NCBI GenBank assembly: GCA_025201805.1 | Contig: MU619273.1 | Coordinates: 124,001-188,000, forward strand | Source of the DNA: Parasitella parasitica NRRL 2501 | Lineage: Eukaryota; Fungi; Mucoromycota | Direction of reading: 5' to 3' | Length of the DNA stretch: 64,000 nt | In this document: positions 26,506 through 39,128 of the stretch, one piece after another | Numbering within the stretch: position 1 is the stretch's first letter | Layout of the letters: every line of letters begins with the position of its first letter | Translations under genes and position numbers: made by a program | Notes under the pieces: generated by a model | What the model saw: the letters and a program-made list of their open reading frames with translations, nothing else | What the model was told of the DNA's origin: nothing | The model's database searches: none

Positions 26506-27553
26506 TTAAAGTCGTTGTTTTCGCTGCTTCTTTAACTTTTTCAAAAACTCTTTTCCTTTTTCCATCTGGAAATCATCTCCACTGTTTAAAAGCGCATTCA
26601 CCAGTCCAGTTGCAATATTATCGCTGCAGTAAATAGTTAGTGCATGCACGCAGAAAAGACGGATGAGTGATACTTGCTTTAATAAAGAGTCTTCCAAGCT
26701 TTTCTCCTGTTGTCGCAAATTCACATACTCGAATCCTGGCATATTGGGAGCGAGGTTAAAGTGTCGCAACTCAAACCCACCCAGAAACTCGTTGTCTGTT
26801 GGGTCTCTAAAGGCCATCGTCCCAAAGTCATCGGCTTCGCAGCTTTCATCGTCCTCATAATCATCATCGTCGTCGTCAGGTAAATCAGGGCCCAACAGAT
26901 CACTTAGATAGTTGGCGTATCGAGGCTGTCCGGTAATGGTTTCTCTTTCATTGTAATCGTCGTCATCGTCGTCATCGTCGTCGTCGTTGTCGGTTGCATT
27001 TGGCTGCACGCTCATTTGTACAGCGCTGTCATCCTCGTCTTTGTATACTATCGATGAGCCAACAACATGTACAGAGCTAGTTTGGTGATTAATGCATGGC
27101 TCATGATGAGGGGGGGGGTATATAGGGCAGTCCTTACTTGATTCCCTCCACGACCAAGCTGGCTTTGTCCTCTGCTACGAACGAATGGCTCAAGGCCTGA
27201 CACTCAACCTGCACTTGACAAGTTTGGTGTCACAAATCCAGCGCACACGATAGACACGCTACTTACCACATTTCTCTCGAGAGTGCATAATGTAAAGACA
27301 TTTCCTTTGGATCTTACTTTGACAAACGTTTTCCCCTTTGCGGGGTCCTTTGCAAGAGACACCTTTGATGCTCTGCAGGTCAGTACGGTAGGAAAATAAA
27401 AAGTCCTCTAGTTTACCTGACTCAGTTCAAGTATTCCAGCAGACTTTAGTGATTGGGAATCCCCCGGCTTTATACAATGGGCTGTTGCAGCGGTTATTTT
27501 ACATCCGTTGGAGCACAGTAGACGACATAGTTACCCCATAGTGTGGTTGGCAT
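26506..27553 (-). CDS. Nucleoplasmin-like (NPL) domain protein with acidic tracts and basic tail; putative histone chaperone
   Basis: Spliced translation MPTTLWAHCIKPGDSQSLKSAGILELSQVSLAKDPAKGKTFVKVRSKGNVFTLCTLERNVVECQALSHSFVAEDKASLVVEGINSVHVVG fits the NPL fold of Fpr3/Fpr4 and HD2. Followed by poly-Asp tracts and KKLKKQRKQRL*. Confidence 0.78.
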
Positions 27554-27778
27554 TGTTTGCAGAGTTTTGTTCTTGCAAGTTAAACAAGGGAGAGAAAAAA
27601 AAAAACTTTCCACAATATCCCAAATTAAGAGCATCGATCTTGAAAACGCCGCCTAGAAGCACTGTCCCTGTTTGCTTCCTGTTTTGTATCTCTCTCTCTC
27701 TCGCTCTTTTTTTTCTTTTCTTTCTTTTCTGCATCGCTCCCCCCCCCCCTAGAGTACAGCTTTGTTAATTGAGAATTC
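27554..27778. promoter_or_regulatory. Probable bidirectional promoter
   Basis: 225 bp between divergent start codons at 27553 (-) and 27779 (+). Confidence 0.55.
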
Positions 27779-28375
27779 ATGTCTGGCTTGAGGAACAGAA
27801 AAGGCCGACCAAAAAGAAACAACGTTACAGTTTTACAGCAGCAGCATTTGCAAGAAAAAACCCTCGCCTCAGACACATCATTCGCCCTCGACGCAAGTCA
27901 GCCTCTAACGATCGTCCAGCTTGCAAAAAAGCCATCATCTGCTCCTCTGCTGTCGTCTTCCTTTGCAGATGTTGCCGACAAACAACCATCTACAGCAACA
28001 GAACGCGACTCGACACAGCAGCATCCCATCAACTCCGATCTTGCTCTGTCCACATCTCCATGCTCTTCGCTGCTAGACCCCAATGCAGCTGCATCTGTAT
28101 CTTTTGAATCATCAGAGCTGTCTTCTGAAGATGACGCTATAATTACGACAACGCCACCTCCATCGGCTGGTAGGAGAGCAGTAAACACATCCCAAGGTGT
28201 TGATCTCGACCGATTACCCAAGGTGCAGTTTGTGAAAGGGAGCACGCAGGACGAGTTCAACCACGACCAAGAGGAGCAGATATACCAGCAAGAGCAATTA
28301 GCTCAAGAAGAGCAGCTATTGGTCCAGCACTACCAAATGCAACAGCAACACAGCAGCAACGCCTCACTGACCAGT

Positions 28376-28413
<38 letters not shown>

Positions 28414-29378
28414 CAGGGACATTTTACAACATAGCCGCACCTACAATCGGCCAGAAAACCACTACATTCATTACAATGAGCCCTCTGATGTAGAACTGTA
28501 CGACTCTGTTGAATACGATATGGACGAACAGGATCAGTGCTGGCTCAAACTATATAACAAGGAAAGACGCAAAGAGATTCTGGGCGACATTTCCCCTTAT
28601 TTATTCGAGTGTATTATGGACAAGCTGGAAAAAGAGTGGTTCAACCTGGTAACTTAAACGCTGCTATTTCCTGCTGGCTGTCGCTAATTAGCTTTTTCTT
28701 TTTATCAGATCAAGGATGCGCCAAAACCCGAGGCGGAGCAAGAGCTGCTGCCCGAGGATTCTGCCTGTGTGGTGTGCGACGACACAGAGGTTGAAAACAG
28801 CAACGCTATTGTATTCTGCGACGGCTGCAATGTTGCTGTGCACCAAGACTGCTATGGCATACCCTACATTCCAGAAGGCCAGTGGCTCTGCAGGAAATGC
28901 ATGATTTCACCTGAATTCCCGGTATCCTGTATATTCTGTCCCAATGAAGGAGGTGCTTTCAAACAAACAAACACAAATCAATGGGGCCATCTGCTATGCG
29001 CCATTTGGATCCCAGAAGTCGGTGTCAGCAACACCATCTACATGGAGCCTATTGACCAGATCGAAAATATACCCAAGAGTCGATGGAAGCTGACGTGCTC
29101 GCTGTGCAAAAGGAAACAAGGTGCTTGTATACAATGTGATAATAAACACTGCTTTTCTGCTTTCCATGTGACCTGTGCAAAGGCCGCAAAGCTTTGCATG
29201 AAAATGAATTCGCAATCATCTCAAACTGAAGGCGTCGTTTTAAAAGCTTACTGTGATCGGCATACTCCCAAAGAGCATTATGCAGACAAAAACGCTGGCT
29301 CCAGTGGTAATGCTATCAGTGTTGGCAGCAGCAGCAGAAGCAACAACAACAGTAATAGTAGTAGTAGTAATAGAAATA

Positions 29379-29463
<85 letters not shown>

Positions 29464-32083
29464 CAGTAGTAGTAGTAGCGAAGACGACGACGGCCTTTCG
29501 AGAGCAGCACGAGCAAGAGAACGCGGGCGAGGACAAAGTAGGGGCAGGGGCAGGAGCAGAGGAATGAGCAGAGGTCGAGGCAGGCCTAGCAACAAAGCAA
29601 TGACTGAGCAACAGCGGCAGCATATCGATGAAGCCAACAACAAGGTCGCGCGTGCTCATCAGCACCATTATTCAACGGGTGCCCCAATTGCTCCTGACAT
29701 TATTTTATCGAAAATTGACAATTTGCCATGTGTGCGGCTATCGGGTATTCGAAAGAGACCACAAGCGGTTACTGCGATAGCTCATTACTGGTCCCTGAAG
29801 AGAGAGTCAAGACGGGGAGCGCCGCTTTTGAAAAGACTTCATTTGGAGCCTTGGACGGCCTATTCCAAATACACTGGTGGCGAGGATGAATATCGGATCC
29901 GCAAAGCCGTAAGTGGAGGTGGTTCTGGTCGAACTTTGCATGGCATACTGATGACACCCTGTAACTAGGTCATTACCCAACTACGAGCAGACTTGGAAAA
30001 AATACGCATGCTTTCAGAACAAGTGCAGAAAAGAGAGCGGCTCAAACTGGAGCAGGTAAAAAAGCAAAAGGCCTATCTTGAGATGATCTTCTTTCCGCTT
30101 GAATACGTGATACGACCTATCTTGAACCAATTCATGGAAGTCGATCGCAAAAAGCTGTTTCTCAACCATGTCACCATGGATGACGCCACAGACTATCGCA
30201 GCATCATTGCGCAGCCCATGTGCTTTTCAGAGATATATCAAAAACTAGCGAATCATTCCTACGCTACTTTTGACCATTTCAAAAACGACGTCCAGCTGAT
30301 TTGGAAGAATAGCATGGACTACAACGCTGCAGACACGAGCTTTTATAAAGTTGCCAGGAAACTGCAAAATGCATCGCAGAAACTGTTTGAAACCGCGGAA
30401 GCCAGGATCAGTTACTTTGAGATGTTGCAGGACGAAATGCTTCAGGAGCCCATTGATGAAGCGATATTCAGTTATGACGCTAATTTTGAACAAGAGGTTG
30501 TTGTCAAAGTAGAAGAGCATCATCCTGAGGCGGTCGATACCGAAGCAGAGCGTCAGTTGAAGCTGGAAAGGGAACGGTTGAAAGCTGAAAAACTAGAAGA
30601 ACACCGCAAAGCTGTGCAGGCAAGAGTCGAAGGAAGAGCAAAGGCAAGGGCATTGCGTGAAGAAAACAAACGAAAGGGGATCTCGCCTGCTGCGACTTCT
30701 GCCGAGAGGAAGTCCAAATCAAGAATGCTAAGGAAGCTGCGAGCTCGAAATAGCCCAAAAGCGCCGAATGCTTATACTGATTCTGCAGTGGGCGTCGAAA
30801 TCACCCAAGACTCCAAGCCTAAAGCGAGCCGCTCACCTATACTTGGAGAAGCAGCAAACGACCAGCAACTGCAACCTGTGCAGCATACAGCCAAGCAAGT
30901 AAATGATCTCAAGGTGGAGCAATTTGTTGCGTCGCCAGCAAACCCATTTATGACCAATGCTCCATCGTTATCTGCAGCTGCTACCGATGATATTGTGGAT
31001 TTACCCACACGGGATCCACTAGTTGGTCACGGCTCCTCCAAAGCAGCGGCAGCGGCGGAAGAGAAATCTGGATCAAGTATCAAAGGAAAAGAGAAAGAAA
31101 ATCAGAATGCGAGCGAAAAGAATGCTCTTACAACGACTGGAAAACGCCGGCAAACCTCTGCACGTGTTACGCCGAGATTGACTCGTAGCAATGGTCTCAA
31201 AGCCAGTATTGAAGAGTTGACAAAACGGCGCAAGATCTCTCACGAAGCAAGGGTTTTGTTTGCGTCTTATAACGGCGTCTCTCATTTAGACCGACCTGTT
31301 GAAGTGTACAAAGAGAATCGCAAGATACATGCCCCGGTTGGCTGGGTTTATTTAGACGATGACGACGACGACGAGGATGACGATGAAGAGGAAGGCGAAG
31401 GCAAAGGCGAAGACGAAGAGAAAGAGGAAGGCGAAGGGGAAGGCGAAGACGATGACGGCAAGGGTCTTGATCAAAAAGACAATGAAGAAAAGCATAGCCA
31501 GGGGGATGAGCAAAATCCTCAGCCAGCAATGTATGGCTCCACAGCGAAACCTGCAAGGCAAGGGCGTAATGATATCCCTGTACCTCAATTCAATCGGGGT
31601 GAGATCGTATGGGCTCGTGTCAACCGTTATCCTTCACATCCAGCCAAGGTGAGCAAAAAAATAGCATTTAACCGCCCACCCCCCCCACCACCACCACCAC
31701 CGTACCATGATCCTATTGCTAACTGAATACCATAGTTTTTGAATTATTCGGATGAAGAGGCAGGGTCCAAACTCGTAGCTAGTCGACGATATAATGGCGA
31801 TATCCTTGTCGAATTCCTCAAAGTGCCTGAAATGCATAGATTTGGCTGGGTCGGACGTCGCACCATTTGCGACATTGGGGATGCACAAACTGACAAACAA
31901 AGATTATCAGAGACACTGCACAAAAAGATGAAAAGGAAACAATACATTGAAGAGGCCAAAGAAGGCTACCGTTGTGCAGGCTCGATTTTGGGCCTGGATC
32001 CTGAGCCTCTGTTAAATGAGGTCTTTGACCGTCCACTTGCAAAGAAACGGAAAAAGCAAGCCAGCAACAAGAAGCGCAGATAA
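27779..32083 (+). CDS. NTO1: BRPF/Nto1 histone acetyltransferase complex scaffold (EPL1, PHD-Zn-knuckle-PHD, bromodomain, PWWP), 4 exons
   Basis: VEYDMDEQD..WL, FECIMDKLEKEWF, CVVCDD.E.ENSNAIVFCDGCNVAVHQDCYGIPYIPEGQWLCRKC, YWSLKRESRRGAPLLKRL, bromodomain DYRSIIAQPM...NSMDYN, and PWWP GEIVWARV.RYPSHPA. Confidence 0.93.
29384..29480 (+). repeat. (AGT)n coding microsatellite encoding poly-Ser
   Basis: About 32 Ser codons in frame after the second PHD finger. Confidence 0.95.
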
Positions 32084-32836
32084 ATTATATTCACATTCAT
32101 TACAAGCATTCAGACATGACATACACACTATACATTCATTATATAACATATATTTATACTTAATCATTTCAGAAGCTCTCACAATCAGCTTTTTATGTTC
32201 ATAAATAAAGAATTACCTCTCATGTATACTACATCTTAACAACAGAAGGCTATTTTTTTTTTTTTTAAACAAATGCTAAAATATCCAAGCGATATACTAG
32301 TATTATTAATATCATTACTATCTACAAGCAAGAGGCAGATATAGTTACCATAGAGAATTAAAATCTTGGTACAACCAAATAAAGCGTTTCCAAAGGATAA
32401 AACTTGAGTAAAGATAAACTTTTGTGTAGAATGTTTCTTGAAAAACAGCTAAAATGCTCAGAGCATTCAAGATCGTCGGCATATGCTACCGATTTCTTGG
32501 TAAAATGGAATCTGTGCTAGTATTTTTCTAAAGCAAGCTTACATCGATATATAATAATTTCGAGGCAAAGTCTCAATTTACCAGACATTTCGATACAAAC
32601 ACTTCATGTACCAATGTAGCCTGTTGATCGCACGATTAATAACGCCATTAATGTAATCGACACGGTTGAGCTTGGAACAAATGAAACTTTGTTTTACATC
32701 ACAACAGATCATTCTACTAAGTTTAATACAGACATATGCTATTTATATATATATAAAGCCTGTATTGAGGAACCCATCGACGTTAGCTCTTCTTTCTTAC
32801 TTACTCAAAACACACTTTAAATCAATTGACCTCACA

Positions 32837-33762
32837 ATGTCTTTATCTGAATACCACAACACCGTTGATGCTCGCTCCCCTGAGCATTATCACTCTGCCG
32901 GTGGAGAAGAAGAGGTTGCAAACCATGCTTCATAGTGAGTAAAATAGTTATTATTGGTGGGTTTCCAGTTGCTAATGTTAGATATCGGCTGTAGCCCTGA
33001 GCCTCAACTGCCCTCTCATAATCATCTCGATCAATCAATCTTCCAAAATTATGACAAGCACGATATGGCCAGTTTTCCTACTCCATATGCCCATAATAAG
33101 AAAGTCCAGGAGAACGTGCCTCATACCAACGCTGCCATCTATAACTTTCCAAACAAGGAAAAAGCACCTTATAATCAAACAAATACCTCTGCTGCCATCT
33201 ATACTCCAAATACGGAGGAAGAGGCTGGCAATGTCCAAAATATTGACGTCCCAGAGGTATCCAATGACAATGAGGATTGTGCTGTTGGTTCTTCTAGTGC
33301 CAATGACACAAGTGAAGAGGAAAAGTGCTCTCAAGAAAGTCTTCCTATTTCTCCTGACAAAAATTCTGTTTTTAATAAGAGAGATACACTCATTGGCGAC
33401 GAAGAAAAAGACGATGAAAATATTACTGCGAGCAGCCAACAAGCAAAAGAAGCCCAAGCATTGGAAAAAGGGATAAGAGCAAAGGCTACAATTGAACAAA
33501 AGACAAAGAACGAGGCTTTCCAACCAGAGTAAGTAGAGATATAAGCGATTATATGAGTTGATTTCTAAGATTTGAAACGACTAGAGCCGAACCTCAGGCT
33601 GTCTATGTAACCTCTGTCAAACCTCGAACTGACACTCCTGATAAGTATTGCTGCTGGGGATGGTAAGCTAACAGCCAAAGGAGTTGGGGCATCTTTTTGA
33701 CGTGTTGCTATAGCTTTGCTTGGATTTGCTGCTGGTCTACTTTTGCAACCGACAAGGAGTAA
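32837..33762 (+). CDS. Disordered acidic protein with a C-terminal Cys-rich CYSTM-like membrane module, 4 exons
   Basis: GT-AG splicing links 32837 through the 32954-33532 ORF to terminal exons ending DKYCCWGCFAWICCWSTFATDKE*. Confidence 0.68.
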
Positions 33763-34082
33763 GTCCTTTGATATCGGGTATCACTGCAATTAAATATCTG
33801 CAATCCTTCACTAAATCCCTGAAGCTACACCTTGATTACAAATAAATAACACAAAATCCAAAATCATGCCTTTCTTTTGGTCTCACGCAGTTATTTGATA
33901 AACGCTTTGGTCACGGACCATTTGGCAGATGCTTTTCACTTGATCGTGCCATTCCCTTGATCCCCTTTCAAAGCTTGTCACATTGCCTTTTTGGATGAGA
34001 TGTGGGGGGGGGGACCCGAAGCAGTTTTTTCTCTCTTTGAACTGGAGCTTACAAATTGCGCAAAGGTATATACATTCGTTAG

Positions 34083-35076
34083 ATGGCCGGATCGAAAAGA
34101 ATCCGAATAGAAAACGGTATGTATATATGGAGAGGCATCTTTGGATTGCGCTTGAGTTAACGCACAGGACAGACGCCCAGTCGATTGATTTCGGGAACAT
34201 AGATCGCCTAGCACTCAAAGACTTCAAATTTGACTTTACGCCAACAGCTCAAACTCATTCAAAGACCCTCGATCGAAATCTTTTGATAGATACGTCTGCG
34301 CCATCTGTTGGGCTTAATCCCAATGTTCTGACGCAAAGATTCGTTTCTCGCTCTAAAAAGTTCTGGAGAGAGAGCAAAGATCTGAAAGCCACAGCCAGCT
34401 CCGTATCAACTGTCAAACCACCATACGAGCCAGTGTATCTCAGACACCAGGATATCTCAGACACTGTCATCGTTTATGTTCAAATGATTTTCAACATCAT
34501 TGTGTCAGCAACATTTCTCTATATATTCATCAACGTAATGTTGACTGTGCGGCAAGATTTCCGATTGAAAGCAGTGGAGCGTATCCAAGGTAATGCCGTA
34601 CGAGGTTATCTAGAAAGACGTCATTGCTAAACATATCTTGGGGACATAGAATTGTATAAGGAAAAGATGATTTGCTCCAACAACTACAATATGAACCAAT
34701 GCGGACATGATGATAGGATTCCTGCCATTGAGGACATGTGTAACGAGTGGGCGTCGTGCATGAATCGAGAAGTTGTAGTTCCACAGTAAGGCAATCGTGA
34801 AATAAGTAACCATGTCGAATTGAAACACTAATCATTTTGGCTTGTTAGAGCTCAAGCGTCTGCTGAAGCCATTGCCGAAATCATAAACAGCTTTGTGGAG
34901 CCTATCTCCTACAAGACATTTGTAACTATTGTGGTTTTTTTTTTTATAGAATGCCATGTCACTGACACAAAAACTAGTTCTTTTCCTCATTTTTAATGTT
35001 AGGTGTCGTTGTATTCTCAAATCTAGGATTTGGTATACTGAGAAGAAATTACAAATCAATTCGTGCCATTCAGTAG
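34083..35076 (+). CDS. BRL1: Brr6/Brl1 nuclear envelope protein, 5 exons
   Basis: YVQMIFNIIV...LTVRQD transmembrane segment, CSNNYNMNQC...RIPAIEDMCNEWASCMNR (four conserved Cys), AEAIAEIINSFVEPISYKT, and a second transmembrane segment ..VFSNLGFG. BRR6 versus BRL1 cannot be resolved. Confidence 0.85.
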
Positions 35077-35574
35077 CAACACACGTTGCTCATAGCTTGA
35101 TGAATTTCATGTATATAAAAGTTACCCCTCCCAACACAAAAGGCCCCTTTACTTGTCAAATTAGATAATAAAATGTATGCGAGACCTATTTGTTTAATAT
35201 TCGAGACATGTTGAATGTCTTTGCAAAGCCGATGGTAAATGATACCAAAAAGTTGCTGCCAACTGTACATAATGCGTTATATATTGCAGATCATCAAGTA
35301 ATGCCAATTCGTCTCGAGAGATCATGCTACTTGGAATCTGACATAGATCGGGGTTGTACATGTTACCATGGATTTTATTAAAGGGGGGGGTCTATTTTGT
35401 TTATAAATGTTGCAGCCAAAACCCGAGAAGCAAATGCTAAAGAACAATGCGCAAAGGCTAGAATGAAGAGGCATCACTCTTCCTTGATGGTAAGCTCTAT
35501 TCTCAAGCACATTTCATAGCATCGTTTACGTCATATTTTTGATAGCTCTGATAGTGCACTATATTACTCTCACA

Positions 35575-35577
<3 letters not shown>

Positions 35578-35656
<79 letters not shown>
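35578..35656 (+). repeat. 79-nt poly(T) tract upstream of the mitoferrin gene
   Basis: Directly visible. Confidence 0.95.
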
Positions 35657-35782
35657 CATCATTTGAGAAACAGTTTAAATCCATTTTTGACATTGAAATA
35701 ATTCGGGTGTCTTTTTATTCCTGTTTCTCATCTCCTGGCAAACGAATATAACCAGCATAGCTTTTACACTATACAAGTGATC

Positions 35783-36955
35783 ATGGATGGAGAAAATGAA
35801 CACGACTATGAATCATTAGGAACAAATTCGACAATGTCACAGAACGCTATTGCAGGCGCTATGGCAGGTATCGGAGAACATTGTATCATGTACCCTGTAG
35901 ACAGCATAAGAGTAAGTGTATTTTAGCCTGCTGGCAAAATGGGTTAGAGATGGGGTTTATTATTGTGGGCCGCCAGTACCCATTGCAAAAGTGGGTGTCT
36001 GTGTGCATCAAGTCTGCTTTTTATTTTGTCAATTGACGTTGCTTTGTAATCAAATTAGACTCGAATGCAGGTGCTGTCAGTGCCTGAGCTTGGAGCAACC
36101 ATCAAGGACGCGTCCAGGAAGCAGCTGAAAGGCCATCGAAATCTGTGGAGAGGTGTCTATTCGGTCATAGCAGGTGCCGGTCCTGCACATGCTGTTCATT
36201 TTGCCGCATATGAATTCTGCAAAGAAAAATTCAACAAGCAGTTAGCCGGCAATGCCAAGGTGCGGGCTCCAGGCAGTGTGTTCGAGATATCTAACCAAGT
36301 TATAGCCTCAAGCGCTGCAGGTGCAATCGCTACTTTTGCTCATGATGCATTAATGACTCCCTTTGATGGCAAGTGTTTTTCCTTCAAGCGTAACGCAAAT
36401 GGAAAAAAAGGGCTAAAATATTTTCCTTTTTGTATAATAGTACTAAAGCAGCGAATGCAGCTGCGAGATTCGACCTATAAGTCTGTTCGCGATTGTGCAA
36501 GGAAAGTTTACTCTGCCGAAGGCATCAGGGCATTTTACATATCTTTTCCGACAACTGTCTCCATGTCTATTCCGTTTCAGTCTGTTCAATTTGCGACATA
36601 TGAGTACTGTAGATCTATGCTGGACCCGGAGGGATCGTATAATCCAAAGGCACATATGATGGCGGGTGCCGTCGCTGGTGCCGTCGCCTCGTCCGTAACC
36701 ACGCCATTGGACGTTGTCAAGACGCTGTTGCAAACAAAGGGCTCGTCTAAAGATGCAGAGATCAGAAATTGCAATGGATTCAAGCAAGCTACAAGTATAA
36801 TTTATGATCGATACGGCGTCAAGGGGTTCTTTAGAGGTTTCCGCCCTCGTGTATTGACAAATATGCCCAGTACTGCTATCAGTTGGAGCGTATATGAATA
36901 CTTCAAGTGGTTTTTGGCAAGTGACGAAGGAGACAAATTCATAGATCGCATTTAA
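35783..36955 (+). CDS. MRS3: Mitochondrial iron carrier (mitoferrin, Mrs3/Mrs4), 3 exons
   Basis: DYESL...[68 protein letters not shown], and TTPLDVVKTLLQT: three carrier repeats. Confidence 0.94.
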
Positions 36956-37269
36956 AAAGCCTTTTTATATAGACAAATCATCATCCCATCATACATACAA
37001 CAACAAACTCATGTATTATAGACTTCTTTTTTTGCTTTCTTTTATCCCCATCATCATTTTCTCTTTTGTAATTCTCTAATATCTTTACCAAATCTAATAA
37101 ACTATATCAAAAAAGTGTCGTCTGCTTGATAGCCCATTCTACATTTGTTGCGTTGAATCGTATACAATGATGACATTTTTATCATGTATAAATGGGATGT
37201 TATACATGTTAGAGTAACCATCAAGATAAGCTTTATTACATCAATCTTAATGATTAGATCTATCTATAT

Positions 37270-37271
<2 letters not shown>

Positions 37272-37302
<31 letters not shown>
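37272..37302 (+). repeat. (CA)n microsatellite
   Basis: Directly visible between convergent genes. Confidence 0.9.
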
Positions 37303-37304
<2 letters not shown>

Positions 37305-37376
37305 GGAATGATCATAGTTTGAAAATAATACATAAAAACACATCAAAAGACGCCTACAAAACAGTTTCTACCATCT

Positions 37377-37972
37377 TTAGTTCTTGGTAGGTTTCTTGGC
37401 TAAAGAGTAAAATTAGTACCTCTGCCTATCCTACGCATGTCATCTTAAAACCTACTTCCGTATTTGGATCTACTAGTAGTTCTAGTAGCAACGCCTTGGA
37501 GATCTAAAGCACCACGCACAAGATGATATCGTACACCAGGAAGATCAGGGACACGACCGCCACGCACCAATACGACCGAATGCTCTTGTAAATTGTGCCC
37601 CTCACCAGGAATATAGGCTGTGACAACTTTACCATTAGTCAACTTGACTCTGGCAACCTTTCTGACAGCAGAATTGGGTTTCTTGGGCTTGGTAGTATAC
37701 ACTTTGTTGCAAACACCCTTACGTTGATAGCATCCCTCAAGAGCTGGTGTTTTACTTAACTTTGTCTTTGTTTTGCGACACTTTTTAATGACCTGATTTA
37801 AAGTAGCCATGCCTGCTTTTTGTTGTTGAATAGGTAAAAATGCTGTTGGTTTTAATTGACTGAGGATGCCGCTTGGTCTAGTCTGTGTCATGAAACTACG
37901 AGGTGCCAATAAGTTGCTGGAGCTGGTCAAGGGCTTCCATGCTGTTTTTAACAATGAACGAAAGGCTTGCAT
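37377..37972 (-). CDS. MRPS12: Mitochondrial ribosomal protein uS12m, nuclear-encoded with presequence, 2 exons
   Basis: Basic, hydroxylated presequence, then [22 protein letters not shown], and [31 protein letters not shown] short intron joins RSKYG to TKKPTKN*. Confidence 0.95.
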
Positions 37973-39128
37973 TCTATTCAATTTAATCTATCTCTTGACT
38001 GGATGAACAAAAAAAAAAAAAGCAAGAAAGGAAAGGGTGGACAAGAGGGGGGGGGGGGCTCCCGGTTTGTCAAAAATGATGTCCTATTGATGTCCGATCA
38101 ATTATGTGCCAAGAAAATCCTTAATTTTAAGCTATTGTATGCCTAATGTAAAGCTTATTTTCTTTTTCTAACCCGGCGATTTGAAAAATATCCATCCAAA
38201 TTGGATGGGGCCGAAAATAAAAGCTAATACTCTAGGTACTTGAAATATAAAAAATACCAGCATATACAGAATATGATGGTCAATCATATAAATGCTAAAT
38301 AAACTGTAGATACATTGAAAACTGCTTGGTAAAAATTCACAAACTGAAATCGTTTTTGAGTCTTGATCTCGTATAAGTATAAAAAAAAAAGTCAAGATAA
38401 ACGCTTTCATAATGTCTATGATCTTCATATTCACCTTTTTGTCTCGCAATGTTATGTATTTAAAGTTGACTTGGTTGTAGTAAACCCATTTTTCAATTTC
38501 GGCTTTCAGGGCCAAGGTTTATACAAGGGATTTTTGGGTGGCTCAAAATGTATGCTAAAAAAAAACTGAATTTTAATATGCTATTTGCTTGAATATCATC
38601 AAAAGCATAGAACAACAATAACGCGGATGTCAGTTGTCTGAAGATATAAATACAGTTTCAACCAAAGCAGAGGTCAATTCATGTCCACAAGTTTTACTTG
38701 CAGTTTTCATTAATAACTCTTGTTTTCAAATATATGGAAATTTACTAGCGATTGAATGTGCTTGCTCAAAAATTTGCCATAGAAGGATTGCTATGCTTTT
38801 TGTTGTATTTATAATAGATCCAGATAAGTAGATGCTGATCGACACTTATGTACTCGTGCTGGCATCTGTTTGATCAGCTATCCAATCAATATAAAATCAA
38901 ATTTTCAATTGCATCTTAAACTTTCAAACTCTTTGCGGCTTTTTTTTATGGCTTTCATCAGTTCATGTTGTCAAAAATCATCCCAATATGGATCGAACAT
39001 CGACGTCACTCAATGAGATGGTACCCTTCACGAGCTCTTTTTAATTCTTAAACTCCCATCCATCTCAAAAAAAACTTTTCTCGTTTCAATTTTTACTTTT
39101 TCTCATTATTTATCTTTTCAACAAAAAC

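Noticed and set aside
29240-29668. Poly-V, poly-L, poly-T and poly-Y ORFs
   Set aside because: Alternative-frame and antisense shadows of the (AGT)n repeat in NTO1.
37377-37972. Bacterial rpsL-like gene as horizontal transfer or contamination
   Set aside because: It has a mitochondrial presequence and a spliceosomal intron, so it is an ordinary nuclear MRPS12.
38190-38505. CCATCCAA-A-TTGGATGG hairpin and GCCGAAA/TTTCGGC pair as MITE termini
   Set aside because: The matches are short, with no target-site duplication or second copy in the window.
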